DNA from: Candidatus Fermentibacterota bacterium
GTDB lineage: Bacteria; Fermentibacterota; Fermentibacteria; Fermentibacterales; JCC-6
Reading direction: 5' to 3'
Assembly: GCA_030609965.1 (NCBI GenBank)
Contig: JAUWSQ010000001.1
Location: forward strand, 37,811-101,810
Length of the DNA: 64,000 nt
Part shown: positions 17,433 to 27,513 of the stretch, in pieces
Position numbering within the stretch: the stretch's first letter is position 1
Layout: every line of letters starts with the position of its first letter
Notes under the pieces: model-generated
Database searches by the model: none
What the model was told of the DNA's origin: nothing
Seen by the model: the letters and a program-made list of their open reading frames with translations, nothing else
Position numbers and translations under genes: made by a program

Positions 17433-19252
17433 ACACTAAAATTGATGTTCTCAAACGCAAGCTGAAAAAGATGCGTTCCAAACCTCCTTCCGGTGAAACC
17501 GGACAGGCAAGAGTTGATCTGCTGAATGAGCTTGGAATGATGCTTTACAGATCAAGACCATTACTGACAGAGGCATATGCCCAGGAATCCCTGGTTCTTT
17601 CGAAAAGACTGGGATACAGGAAAGGAGAAGCGGACAGTAACAGATTAATAGGTGTTTCAAACGGAGCCAGAGGTCAGTATTTTGAAAGCATGAAGTATTT
17701 CAATATCGCATGCACGATTTACAATGAACTTGGCAATAAGAGAGGTATGGCATCAATCTTCTCTAATATTGGAGTGGTATTCGGCTCTCAGGGTAGATTT
17801 GATCTTGCCCTTGATCACTATATGCAAGCTCTTACCATATTTGAGGAGATCGATGACAAAATTCGAATGGCCCATTCTCTGAACTGCATAGGTGTTATTT
17901 TCCGCAAACGAAACAACCTTGAAAGAGCAGAGAAGTATTACCTGAGGGCACTCAGTATAAGGGAAGAAACGGGAGATCTATCCGGGCTGGCTATGTCCTA
18001 CAATAACATGGGAATTCTGTTTAAGAGCAAAGGTGATCTGGATAGCGCTCTGGATTATTACAACAGATCCCTGAAACTTAAAGAAGAACTCGGTGACAGA
18101 CGAGGTATATCGGTTTCATACAGTAATATCGGAGATATTCTTGTGAAGCAGGAGAAGTACGATCCAGCAATCGAGTACTATAGAAATTCACTCTCTATCG
18201 TTGAGGAACTGGAGGACGAAGAGCGTATCTCAGATAGTTGCATATTACTGGGCCATATAATGATTCTTCTGGAAAAGTATGATGAAGCGCTGGAATACCT
18301 TGAGCGGAGCCTGCAGATTTCCATCAGGATAGGAGCCAGAATTCTTGAATCAGACTGCTATCATGAACTTTCCGATCTTTACATGGCAAAGGGTGATTAT
18401 GAGAGGGCTTTTCTGTTCTTCAAGAAGTACAGTTCTCTGACGAAGGAGATCTTCAGTGAAGAAAGCGCTGAAACGATCGCCAGACTTCAAATAAGGTATG
18501 AAACTGAACAGAAGGAGAAAGAAGCTGAGCTGTACTATCTGAAGAATGTAGATCTCCGCAGAGAAATCAATGAGCGAAAACTTGTAGAAAGCCAGCTGGT
18601 GGCTCAGGAACAGCTTCTAGAAGAACGCGTAAAGGATCGCACCTTTGAGCTTCAGCAAAGCATGGAGAAACTTAAGAAAAGTGTGGAAGGAACAATTCAA
18701 ACTCTTTCGAAAATAATCGAATCAAAGGATCCCTATACATCCGGACATCAGCTGAGAGTTGCGGAACTTGCAAGAATGATAGCAAGTGAAATGGGTTTCA
18801 ACGAAGAAAGGCTCGAAGCCATATACATGATCTCTCTGGTTCATGATATCGGCAAGATCAGCATACCGCAGGAGATCCTTTCAAGACCCGGAAAACTATC
18901 CGGACTTGAACAGGAAATTGTGCGGACACATCCACAGATCGGGTACGATATTCTATCGAATGTAGAATTTCCCTGGCCGGTTGCAGATGTGATTCTGCAG
19001 CATCAGGAACTATACGATGGCTCAGGTTATCCAAACGGGCTGAAAGGTGACAAAATCATGATCGAGGCAAGAATCATTGCCGTAGCCGATGTGATAGAAT
19101 CCATGACTTCGCATCGACCTTACAGATCAACCCCGGGTATCGATAATGCCATCGATGTTATTATCCGGAACTCCGGTATACTGTACGATCCAGAAGTAGC
19201 TGAAGCGTGCGTAAAAATAATCCGCGAGAAGGGTTTCAGTTTTAGTCAGTAA
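17429..19252 (+). CDS. TPR-repeat protein with a C-terminal HD-GYP domain, paralog 2
   Basis: Same architecture as the upstream gene. HD-GYP motifs are HDIGKISIP and HQELYDGSGYPNGL. The TTG start overlaps the upstream TGA (TTGA). Confidence 0.8.
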   Translation: MNTKIDVLKRKLKKMRSKPPSGETGQARVDLLNELGMMLYRSRPLLTEAYAQESLVLSKRLGYRKGEADSNRLIGVSNGARGQYFESMKYFNIACTIYNELGNKRGMASIFSNIGVVFGSQGRFDLALDHYMQALTIFEEIDDKIRMAHSLNCIGVIFRKRNNLERAEKYYLRALSIREETGDLSGLAMSYNNMGILFKSKGDLDSALDYYNRSLKLKEELGDRRGISVSYSNIGDILVKQEKYDPAIEYYRNSLSIVEELEDEERISDSCILLGHIMILLEKYDEALEYLERSLQISIRIGARILESDCYHELSDLYMAKGDYERAFLFFKKYSSLTKEIFSEESAETIARLQIRYETEQKEKEAELYYLKNVDLRREINERKLVESQLVAQEQLLEERVKDRTFELQQSMEKLKKSVEGTIQTLSKIIESKDPYTSGHQLRVAELARMIASEMGFNEERLEAIYMISLVHDIGKISIPQEILSRPGKLSGLEQEIVRTHPQIGYDILSNVEFPWPVADVILQHQELYDGSGYPNGLKGDKIMIEARIIAVADVIESMTSHRPYRSTPGIDNAIDVIIRNSGILYDPEVAEACVKIIREKGFSFSQ

Positions 19253-19374
19253 ATGGAACAGTACCGTTCCTCCAGCTTCTTGTTAATATGCAATTAGTAT
19301 GTAATGTTTTTACTATGATGATTTATTTGAAACTTCATGGAGAAGTCTCGAAACGGTGTAACGAAAGGAAAAAT

Positions 19375-21603
19375 ATGAGAAATTCCAGGATTACTCTCAT
19401 AAATTATATACTGATCCTGTCTGCAGCAGCTCTGTTTTCGGGTTCATGTTTTGCGGGAGTGTGGACAACATATACAGATGCCAGCTTTGTAAGCGGGTTA
19501 GCGGTTGATAATAATGATCTCTGGGCCGGAACAAGAGGTGGAGTAATACTCTGGGATATCTCTTCGGAGACATATCTGAAATATACAACAACTGAAGGAC
19601 TCGCAGATCAAAACGTCAAGGAAGTCTTTATAGACAATGCAGGGAATATCTGGTTTGGAACCACTGAAGGCGTACAGTGCTATGACGGAAGCACATGGAC
19701 AGTATACAACGTTTCTAATTCCCCTATACCTGACAATACAGTCTACTCTATCATTCAGGATCAGAGCGCATCCATGTGGTTTGGAACCGGATACGGCTGC
19801 GCCAAATTCACCGATCCTACATGGGAGGTCTTCACTGATCTGGGTGGCGGCGCGACAAACGTTGCCGTCCGGGGAATGGGCATCGATTCGCAAAACCATA
19901 TCTGGACAGCAAACAACCCCACAGATTATGGTGACCCGGGTGGTGTATCGATGTACAACGGTACTTCCTGGACAAACTATGATCCGGACCCCGGATCCAT
20001 AGGTCAATATTTTCTGTCCCTGACCGTTGACGGTAACGATAATGTCTGGACCGGAAGCTGGACAAATTATGTATTCACTTACAACGGCTCAACCTGGACT
20101 CATTACAATGATGGTAACAGCTCACTGCTGGGAAACAATATTGAAGCATTTGAGATCGAAGCTGATTCTATTGTCTGGATTTCTAACCATCCTGCCTCTC
20201 CAACACCTTCAAACGCAGGTGTTGCAAGATATGATGGATCCTGGAGCATCCTGACTCCTGCAGGTTCCGGACTTCCGGATCCCTACGTTTATGCCATTTC
20301 CAACGCTGACGGAATAACCTGGTTCGGTACAGCCAACTACGGAACAGCAGGTTATGATGGAAGCAACTGGGACTATCTCGAGACGGTAAACGAACCGCAT
20401 ACCAACTATTTTACTTCAATAGAGTACGGCGATGTTGGAACTTCAGATGTTTCTCTCTATTTCGGAACAGATCACAGCGGTATCGCATTATACGATGGAA
20501 GCACATGGTCATGCTATACATCCGAGAACTGTGGTCTTACAGACAATAATATCAATGATGTGCATATTACGGATAACGTACTATGGGCGGGTTCTCAGTT
20601 CATGGGAGTCTGGAAGTACGATGGATCAACCTGGTCAAATTACAATGATACTAATTCAGATCTACTCGGAAACATTATCCTGTCAGTATCATCCGACAGC
20701 TATGGAAACCTCTGGTTCGGAACATCAGGCTGGAGTGGGCCCAGCGGTCAGGACGGCGCTCTTTCCAGATTTGACGGCTCAACATGGACAAATTACTATC
20801 TCAGCAACAGCAGCCTTATTGACGATGATGGTCTGCAGGTTTTTGTGGACAATGCGGATACTGTCTGGATTGGAACTGAAGAGGGCATAAGCAAGTTCTA
20901 TTATCCCTCAAACTGGACAAGTTATCATTCCGGTAACAGCGGTCTTATAGAAGACCATGTTCAGGCCATCGCATTTGATGAATTCGATGGGAAATGGATT
21001 GCGACAATGGGCGGGGTAAGCCATTTCTCCGGCGGAACATGGACGAGCTATACAACAGCCGACGGCCTGCCGGATAGCTACATTACTGATATCTGTGTTT
21101 CCGATTCGGGGATTGTGTGGGTTTCCACTGCGGATGGTGCTGCCAGTTTCGAAGATGGGGCAGGATGGACTTCCTGCACACAGACAGAAGGTCTCGCGGA
21201 CAACGAAGTTAACGCAGTTAGTATGGGAGATGGCGAAGTTGTCTGGTTCGGTACGGATGACAGTGGATTATCCTCTTATGATCCCTCCGTTACCGGAGTA
21301 GCTTCGCATAACAGTGCTGATATCGGACATGTTCTGCAATGCTTTGCCTCACCAAATCCATTCTACTCTTCGGTACAGATACAGTATACCGTACCGTTTG
21401 AAGAAAACGTCAACATCATGATCTATGATATGTCAGGGCGCATTGTAACATCTCTCATCAACGGAACTCAATCCGCCCAACCGCACTCGGTGATCTGGGA
21501 TGGCAGCGACGAAAGAGGTGTACCGGTCTCAAGGGGAATGTACATGTACCGCGTTGAATGCGGTTCCTCAGTAGCGACAGGTAAATTGATTCTCCTGAAC
21601 TGA
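19375..21603 (+). CDS. Secreted beta-propeller protein (two-component-regulator-propeller type repeats) with a T9SS C-terminal sorting domain
   Basis: ATG 19375 follows AAAGGAA and gives a signal peptide (MRNSRITLINYILILSAAALFSGSCFA). More than 12 repeats of the W(F/I)GT..G...YDGS.WT.Y type are present. The last ~80 aa (NPFYSSVQIQYTV...IMIYDMSGRIV...GMYMYRVE) form a T9SS type-A CTD. Confidence 0.75.
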   Translation: MRNSRITLINYILILSAAALFSGSCFAGVWTTYTDASFVSGLAVDNNDLWAGTRGGVILWDISSETYLKYTTTEGLADQNVKEVFIDNAGNIWFGTTEGVQCYDGSTWTVYNVSNSPIPDNTVYSIIQDQSASMWFGTGYGCAKFTDPTWEVFTDLGGGATNVAVRGMGIDSQNHIWTANNPTDYGDPGGVSMYNGTSWTNYDPDPGSIGQYFLSLTVDGNDNVWTGSWTNYVFTYNGSTWTHYNDGNSSLLGNNIEAFEIEADSIVWISNHPASPTPSNAGVARYDGSWSILTPAGSGLPDPYVYAISNADGITWFGTANYGTAGYDGSNWDYLETVNEPHTNYFTSIEYGDVGTSDVSLYFGTDHSGIALYDGSTWSCYTSENCGLTDNNINDVHITDNVLWAGSQFMGVWKYDGSTWSNYNDTNSDLLGNIILSVSSDSYGNLWFGTSGWSGPSGQDGALSRFDGSTWTNYYLSNSSLIDDDGLQVFVDNADTVWIGTEEGISKFYYPSNWTSYHSGNSGLIEDHVQAIAFDEFDGKWIATMGGVSHFSGGTWTSYTTADGLPDSYITDICVSDSGIVWVSTADGAASFEDGAGWTSCTQTEGLADNEVNAVSMGDGEVVWFGTDDSGLSSYDPSVTGVASHNSADIGHVLQCFASPNPFYSSVQIQYTVPFEENVNIMIYDMSGRIVTSLINGTQSAQPHSVIWDGSDERGVPVSRGMYMYRVECGSSVATGKLILLN

Positions 21604-21736
21604 TTCATATGAATGGTCAATGCTTGCATCCGGTAAAGGAATAAGAAGTACTCACTGGACAAAGGTACATATATGATCTATGGTACCCAGCCTGTCTGAT
21701 ATAACGAACAGAAAAAATCCAAACAAAGGAGGAAAT

Positions 21737-22399
21737 ATGCGGATACTTATAGCTATTCTTACACTCATATCTCTGCTTAGCATCTTCGGTTGTGGAAATG
21801 ATTCAACAGGTCCGAGCGAGAACGAAGATTATCTGCCTATGTCGGTCGGCAATCAGTGGAACTATTCATTGAGCGGATATACCGTATCAACTGGCGCTGA
21901 TACAACTTATTTAACAGGATCCAACGTCACACAAATCATTGGAACGACAACTCATCAGCAGGGCTTTGAGCTTTACACAATCCAGGACAGCACAACTACG
22001 ATATGGACCAATCCTGATACTTCGTTCACATATACCGAAACAATGACAGTCTATGCACATAAAACCGATACCGAACTTAGAATGTATGACGACACCACAA
22101 CAACCGATTACGAACTCTTCATGATACTGCCACTTACGCTCGGTGACACCTGGACACCGGACACCACTGAACCAACAATTTCCAGAACAGTCCTTTCCCT
22201 CTCGGCAAGTGTCACAGTGCCGGCCGGAACCTTTGCCAGCTGTGCCAATCTCAGAGACACAGATTCGGCCGAACCGGGTTTCTACTTCGATCTGTTTCTC
22301 TCAAAGGGAACTGGTGTTGTTGAATATCTTATCAATATGGTTGATTCTTATGGAACCATTTACATGGCTTACAGCCTCACCAGTTCAACCATCAACTGA
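21737..22399 (+). CDS. Lipoprotein of unknown function
   Basis: ATG 21737 follows AGGAGG. MRILIAILTLISLLSIFGCGND has a lipobox. The protein is Thr-rich with no recognisable domain. Confidence 0.5.
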   Translation: MRILIAILTLISLLSIFGCGNDSTGPSENEDYLPMSVGNQWNYSLSGYTVSTGADTTYLTGSNVTQIIGTTTHQQGFELYTIQDSTTTIWTNPDTSFTYTETMTVYAHKTDTELRMYDDTTTTDYELFMILPLTLGDTWTPDTTEPTISRTVLSLSASVTVPAGTFASCANLRDTDSAEPGFYFDLFLSKGTGVVEYLINMVDSYGTIYMAYSLTSSTIN

Positions 22400-22410
22400 T
22401 CTTGATCTTC

Positions 22411-22441
22411 GCGGGGGGGGGCGGCAATCGCCGCTCCCCGC
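22411..22441 (+). terminator. GC-rich hairpin downstream of the lipoprotein gene; possible terminator
   Basis: GCGGGGGGGGGCGGCAATCGCCGCTCCCCGC forms nested stems (GCGGC/GCCGC and GCGGGG/CCCCGC). There is no clear U-tract. Confidence 0.3.
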
Positions 22442-22543
22442 TGGATTATTCATAACAAAACTCTTTCTGATTTTGTATAAAACTCCATTTCCTTTATATT
22501 CCATCCGAAATATTCTAAAATCGATTATGTACAGGAGGGTGAA

Positions 22544-24028
22544 ATGAAGCTTTCCATTGTCTTTATGGTATTTTTTGTGTTTTTTTCGTGCATTCTGAAC
22601 GCTTTGCCCGTTGATCAATTCGAAGCGGAAAGTGTTGCAGAAGCAAGGCTTACCCGCGATGGGCGGAACCTCTCCTTCACGATAGCAGACTGCATCCCCC
22701 TTGAGAATGCCAGGGATCAACTAACACTGGCATACGTTTTCGAACTCAATCCCGCTGGATACATAGTAACAGCCGCTGATAACGATCTGCCTCCGGTTAT
22801 AGCTTACTCATACACTGATAACTGCACGATTGCAGAAGGTGAAAGAAGCATCCTTCTCGATATGATCACCCAGGACATTGAACTGAGACTGTCATTCCTT
22901 GATATCTCCCCTCCGGAGCTTCTTCAGGTGCATCGAACCTGGTGGGAAGAGTATTCCTCAGAGGAGTATGTACTGCTATCCGACAATCTTACAGAGCAGT
23001 GGCCTCCCGCGGGTACAACGCCCACAGAAGGATGGCTCTGGGAGAACTGGACGCAGGGATCACCGTACAATGGATACTGCCCTATGGACCTCATCGCAGG
23101 CTCCAGGAGTGTCGCGGGGTGCCCCGCTATAGCAATGGGGTCTATTTTACATTTTGGAGAAACCACAAACGGCACGCAGTTCAGCGATACTGACGACTAC
23201 TACCATAATTACCATGAATACTATTGGATAGACGATGATTATATTGCCCATGATTTCCCCTCCTGGCCGGAGCTGAATGTATATCTGGATTCTCTGGAAA
23301 GCCATTATGTAAATCAAGTAGCAATTACGAATTCAGACAAAGCCGCACTGGTATATGCCTGCGGGGCAGCCTGCAAACAGGTTTACACAGCTTCAGTTTC
23401 AGGTACTTTCGGGGTAAATCAGGCTTACGATGCATACCTTAAGTTCAACTTCACCGACTGCAGTCTTCTCGGTGCATCTTCGGACAGTCTTTACGAGAGG
23501 CTTTCAGCGAACATGATGGCCGCCATGCCGGCTCATCTGGCGATTGTGGACGCAGTACCAGCGACGGTCGGTCACAATGTGATAGTCGATGGTTACAATA
23601 CAGATGAATTCTATCATCTGAATTTCGGCTGGGGCGGACCCTCCAACGCCTGGTATCAGTTCCCGCTGTCAGGTATGCCATACGGTATGAATATCATAGA
23701 GGGAGTCATAGTTGACATAGGCGAAGGGCAGCTATCCATTGAGGTGGAGACATCGCAGGACGAAATGCCTGTTCTATTCCTCTCCTGTCAGGCAAATCCT
23801 GTTTCTGATTATCTGCTCATCAATCTGGAAGTTTTGCAGAAGTGTGCAGTAAATGTATCTATTTACAGTATTTCAGGTCATCTTCTTGAGACAGTTACAG
23901 ATATTGAGTTCTACCCCGGTTCCTGCCAGCTTGAATGGGCTCCTGGTGATACGGGGAATGGCGTTTACATTCTGGTAGCCTCAGGTTCTTGGGGAGTTGA
24001 AACAGCAAGATTCACAATCCTGGATTAA
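22544..24028 (+). CDS. Peptidase C10 (streptopain-like cysteine protease) with an N-terminal propeptide/Spi-like region and a T9SS C-terminal sorting domain
   Basis: Signal peptide present. Catalytic-Cys context GCPAIAMGSILHF. His context GHNVIVDGY. NFGWGG motif. CTD is VNVSIYSISGHLL...GVYILVA. Confidence 0.8.
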   Translation: MKLSIVFMVFFVFFSCILNALPVDQFEAESVAEARLTRDGRNLSFTIADCIPLENARDQLTLAYVFELNPAGYIVTAADNDLPPVIAYSYTDNCTIAEGERSILLDMITQDIELRLSFLDISPPELLQVHRTWWEEYSSEEYVLLSDNLTEQWPPAGTTPTEGWLWENWTQGSPYNGYCPMDLIAGSRSVAGCPAIAMGSILHFGETTNGTQFSDTDDYYHNYHEYYWIDDDYIAHDFPSWPELNVYLDSLESHYVNQVAITNSDKAALVYACGAACKQVYTASVSGTFGVNQAYDAYLKFNFTDCSLLGASSDSLYERLSANMMAAMPAHLAIVDAVPATVGHNVIVDGYNTDEFYHLNFGWGGPSNAWYQFPLSGMPYGMNIIEGVIVDIGEGQLSIEVETSQDEMPVLFLSCQANPVSDYLLINLEVLQKCAVNVSIYSISGHLLETVTDIEFYPGSCQLEWAPGDTGNGVYILVASGSWGVETARFTILD

Positions 24029-24054
24029 AGTAAGATCGGCAGCATGCGGGTTCG

Positions 24055-25410
24055 CTACTGAACGTCTTCCAATAGCGTATTCAGCTTTTCCACATCAATA
24101 TCAAGCAGCCTTGCGGCAGCCTTTCTTGCTCCACCGCAGTACTCCAGAGTTTCCGTTACATGATCGATAATCTTGTCATTGAGTTTCATGGGAGTGAAAT
24201 CCCCTGACATTTCGCCTGGAATTATCCTCTCACGGATATACGGTGAAAGCGAATCCTTGTTCAGTATGCAGCCGTCAGTGTTCACAACTGCACAGGCTAT
24301 GATATTTTTCAGTTCCTGAGCGTTATCGGGAAAGTTGTACTGTTTGAGAAGCTCAAGCAGTTCATCTGAGAAGCCGGTAATTTTCCTGCCTGTCCGTTCT
24401 ACTTCCTCCTTCAGAAAATACTCGGCAAGAAGTGGTATATCATCAGCTCTGTCCCTCAATGGAGGAATGCGGATGGAATTCACCATAAGATGATAGAGAA
24501 GATCCCTGGAGAATGAGTCCCGGTAACTGGAGCTTGTCAGATCATGTGTGGAAGCAACTATGAACCTGACATCACATTTCAGGATCTCGGTGGAATTGTC
24601 TCTGTAGTATTCATTCGTCTGTATGACCCGCTTCAACCTGACCTGAACGGGCAGGCTCATATTATCGATGTTATCGATGAAGAGAGTTCCGCCCGATGCG
24701 GTTTCCAGGAAACCAGGCATCTCCTTGCTCTTCCCGCTCCAGTCCCTGACCCTGCCGAACAGCTCCGATGAGAACTCCTCAGGGGAGTGGGATGCACTGT
24801 CTACAGCGATAAAGGGTTTGTTAACCCTCGGAGAGGAGTTGTGAATCGCTTTTGCAAGCGATTCCTTGCCCGTACCCCGTTCGCCCCAGATGAACACGCT
24901 CAGATCCCCCTCCGCCATCTGTTCAGCCTGATGGAAAAGGCGGATAACCGCAATATCCTGTGTAGGGAGATGCTCAAAGGCGGCGGTATTATCAAGATCT
25001 TCCCTGGATAGAGCCTGAGGCAGCCTGCTGATTGTGCTGTGCAGTGTTCCGTGCTCTATGGCATTATTCAGTACTTCCAGAAGGTGTTCGTCATCAACAG
25101 GTTTTGTAAGGTAATCAAAAGCACCTCTCTTCATGGTTTTTACTGCCAGATCAACATCGTTTACACCGGTCAGTATCACAACAGGGATGTCTATACCTTT
25201 CGTACTCATCATCCCCAGTATATCCATACCGGTGACATTGGGCATGTCGAGGTCAAGCATTATCACATCAAAATGTTCTTCCTCAAGAAGTTCTTCAACC
25301 TGTCTTGAGTCGTTGATAACTGTAGTTTCGAAGATCTCTGTCTGCATGAGGAACACCATGAAATAGTTCGTTACAGCAACATCATCGTCTACAATGAGTA
25401 TCTTTTTCAA
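24055..25410 (-). CDS. NtrC-family response regulator (REC, AAA+ sigma54-interaction-like domain and a short Fis-type HTH) with a degenerate sigma54-contact loop
   Basis: REC motifs (ILIVDDD, IMLDLDMP, LTKP). Walker A GERGTGKE. The position of GAFTGA reads RDWSGKS. Walker B reads GGTLFIDNIDNM. C-terminal helix GGARKAAARLLDIDVEKL. Confidence 0.8.
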   Translation of the reverse strand: MKKILIVDDDVAVTNYFMVFLMQTEIFETTVINDSRQVEELLEEEHFDVIMLDLDMPNVTGMDILGMMSTKGIDIPVVILTGVNDVDLAVKTMKRGAFDYLTKPVDDEHLLEVLNNAIEHGTLHSTISRLPQALSREDLDNTAAFEHLPTQDIAVIRLFHQAEQMAEGDLSVFIWGERGTGKESLAKAIHNSSPRVNKPFIAVDSASHSPEEFSSELFGRVRDWSGKSKEMPGFLETASGGTLFIDNIDNMSLPVQVRLKRVIQTNEYYRDNSTEILKCDVRFIVASTHDLTSSSYRDSFSRDLLYHLMVNSIRIPPLRDRADDIPLLAEYFLKEEVERTGRKITGFSDELLELLKQYNFPDNAQELKNIIACAVVNTDGCILNKDSLSPYIRERIIPGEMSGDFTPMKLNDKIIDHVTETLEYCGGARKAAARLLDIDVEKLNTLLEDVQ

Positions 25411-27404
25411 TTGCTCACCTTACTTACCGGTGCTGCAGAATTATCCCTGATTGGAATCCTGATTGTGAATTTAGTCCCGGTCCCAGGTTTGCTGCTTACC
25501 GTAATGTTTCCGCCATGTTCCTCCGCGATCCGGAAAGCTATTGCAAGACCCAGGCCCGTACCTCCCTTTGCCCTTTTTGTTGTAAAGAACGGGTCGAATA
25601 TCTGCCTCTGTGTTTTCTCATCCATACCCTTTCCGTTATCCTCAATCTCCACCACAACATTATCACTGAGGTCCATGAACGTCCGGACAGTGATAAGACC
25701 TTTTCTGTCATCGGGAATTGCCTGTGCGGCGTTCACTATGAGATTTATGAATATCTGTTCTATCTTCTGCGAATTACCGGTGAATTTTGCCAGGTCATTT
25801 CCCAGTTCGAGTACTATCTCGGCGTGTTTGTGCACCTCATTTTTCACCAGTCTTGTTGTGGCCTCAAGAAGAGTATTCACATCAACAGTATCAACCAGGA
25901 GTCCCTCATCTTTTCTTGCGAAACCCCTGAGTCCTTCAACAATTCCCTTTATACGTTCGGAACCGTGAGCCATATCATCAACCAGCGTCATGATATGCTC
26001 GCGGAAGAAATCGTACTTCAGGCGGGCAATCTTCAGATCGGGATGATCCTCCCGGTATTCATCAACTATGGGCAGCATGTCCGTTATGGCCTGTTTGATA
26101 ATCTTGATATTTCCCCTGATGAATTGATTCGGATTGTTTATCTCATGACCGATGCCGCTGACCAGCTGTCCCAGTGAAGCCAGTTTATCCGCCTGCTGTA
26201 ACTGCTGCTCGTAGGTTTTCTCAAGAGTAACATCCCTGTAAAATTCCAGTATCCCCTCGACTTCCTCCTCCTGATTGTATACGGGAAGAGTATGGACTTC
26301 CATGAACTTATCCCCATCCCTGATAGTGATCGTTATTGGTGTCTTATCACGCTTGATCTTACCAAGTCTGCAATCCCTGCACGGTGTATCACGGTTGAAA
26401 TAGGTTCTGTAGCATTTATCACCAGGTTCAATATCGTCGTGATTGCTCATGACCACATTCCTGTTCAGGTCTATGAGCATAACCTCACCAGGAATGACTC
26501 TGAACATTGTCTCGAGGCGATGCCTCGTTTCATCCCAGCTTCTGTTAACCCTGTCCAGATAGGAATCGGCTGTGCTGAGTTTCTGTTTCTGTTCTTCCAG
26601 CTCTCTTTCCCTATCATCAATATCCGCTTCCAGTTTTTTCAGCCGATTGTAAAGTTCTTCCTCTTCTTTCTGCTCGAGAGTAATTCTTTCGGAAAGCTCC
26701 TTACGCTCCAGGGCTACGCTCAGCATTCTTCCAATCTCGTTAAGCATCTTCTGCTCTTCAGGAAGAAGCTCATGAGTTCCGCTGATGTATCCCAGCCTTA
26801 TTTCACCCATATTTTCACCGCTGAATATGAGATCTACACTCATGTAATCATCTTCGGATGGCTTCTGGCCGTATTCTTCCCCCTGGAATATGGAGTACAC
26901 TACTGCTTCATCAGGTGAACGCATCCCACGGGAGAGGTATTCGGGCAATTTTGTGAAAAATTCCTTAATGGAGGCCGAAACTTCTATCCACTCGGCAACT
27001 GTATACAGGCAGGAGAGCTCCTTAACGCGTTCCTCCTTCTCCCAGTCACTGATCCTTCGCAGTGCGTCTACCTGGACACCGAAGAAAAGATAGATACCCC
27101 CATGAACGCTTTCTATATATCCAACCTTCATAGGTATAGGATATGATTTTTCAGTTTGTGGGGAAAACAGCGCTATTACGCCCCTTGATCCTTCATGCAT
27201 TTTTTCCATAGCGTTTCGGAATGACTGAAGGGATTCCAGATCAAGAATGTCAGCAAGATGCGTTTCGGAAGCAGCGCAGTTCTCAGGTGAACATGCTCGT
27301 TTAAGCAACGGGCTTACGTAAATTGTTTTCTCATTTGCGTCAACAACCAGCAGGAAATCAAAGCTGCTCTCAATGAGTGTATACAGGCTTTCAAGGCGGA
27401 TCAT
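25407..27404 (-). CDS. Cytoplasmic multi-domain sensor histidine kinase (PAS/GAF-like modules, coiled coil, Cys-rich PAS-like module, HisKA, HATPase_c)
   Basis: H-box GIGHEINNPNQFI. N and G boxes are NLIVNAAQA, DNGKGM and GGTGLGL. The Cys cluster CYRTYFNRDTPCRDC lies in the last sensor module. It overlaps the regulator gene by 4 nt. Confidence 0.8.
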   Translation of the reverse strand: MIRLESLYTLIESSFDFLLVVDANEKTIYVSPLLKRACSPENCAASETHLADILDLESLQSFRNAMEKMHEGSRGVIALFSPQTEKSYPIPMKVGYIESVHGGIYLFFGVQVDALRRISDWEKEERVKELSCLYTVAEWIEVSASIKEFFTKLPEYLSRGMRSPDEAVVYSIFQGEEYGQKPSEDDYMSVDLIFSGENMGEIRLGYISGTHELLPEEQKMLNEIGRMLSVALERKELSERITLEQKEEEELYNRLKKLEADIDDRERELEEQKQKLSTADSYLDRVNRSWDETRHRLETMFRVIPGEVMLIDLNRNVVMSNHDDIEPGDKCYRTYFNRDTPCRDCRLGKIKRDKTPITITIRDGDKFMEVHTLPVYNQEEEVEGILEFYRDVTLEKTYEQQLQQADKLASLGQLVSGIGHEINNPNQFIRGNIKIIKQAITDMLPIVDEYREDHPDLKIARLKYDFFREHIMTLVDDMAHGSERIKGIVEGLRGFARKDEGLLVDTVDVNTLLEATTRLVKNEVHKHAEIVLELGNDLAKFTGNSQKIEQIFINLIVNAAQAIPDDRKGLITVRTFMDLSDNVVVEIEDNGKGMDEKTQRQIFDPFFTTKRAKGGTGLGLAIAFRIAEEHGGNITVSSKPGTGTKFTIRIPIRDNSAAPVSKVSN

Positions 27405-27513
27405 CAGTTTTTCCTTTCAAAAAGGATATTCGGAGATTCCTGTAATTCAGCTCATTAGATGTGGAATCGAAGCATGGCCGTCAAGCACCGTCTTATACCC
27501 GAATTGGGGAATT

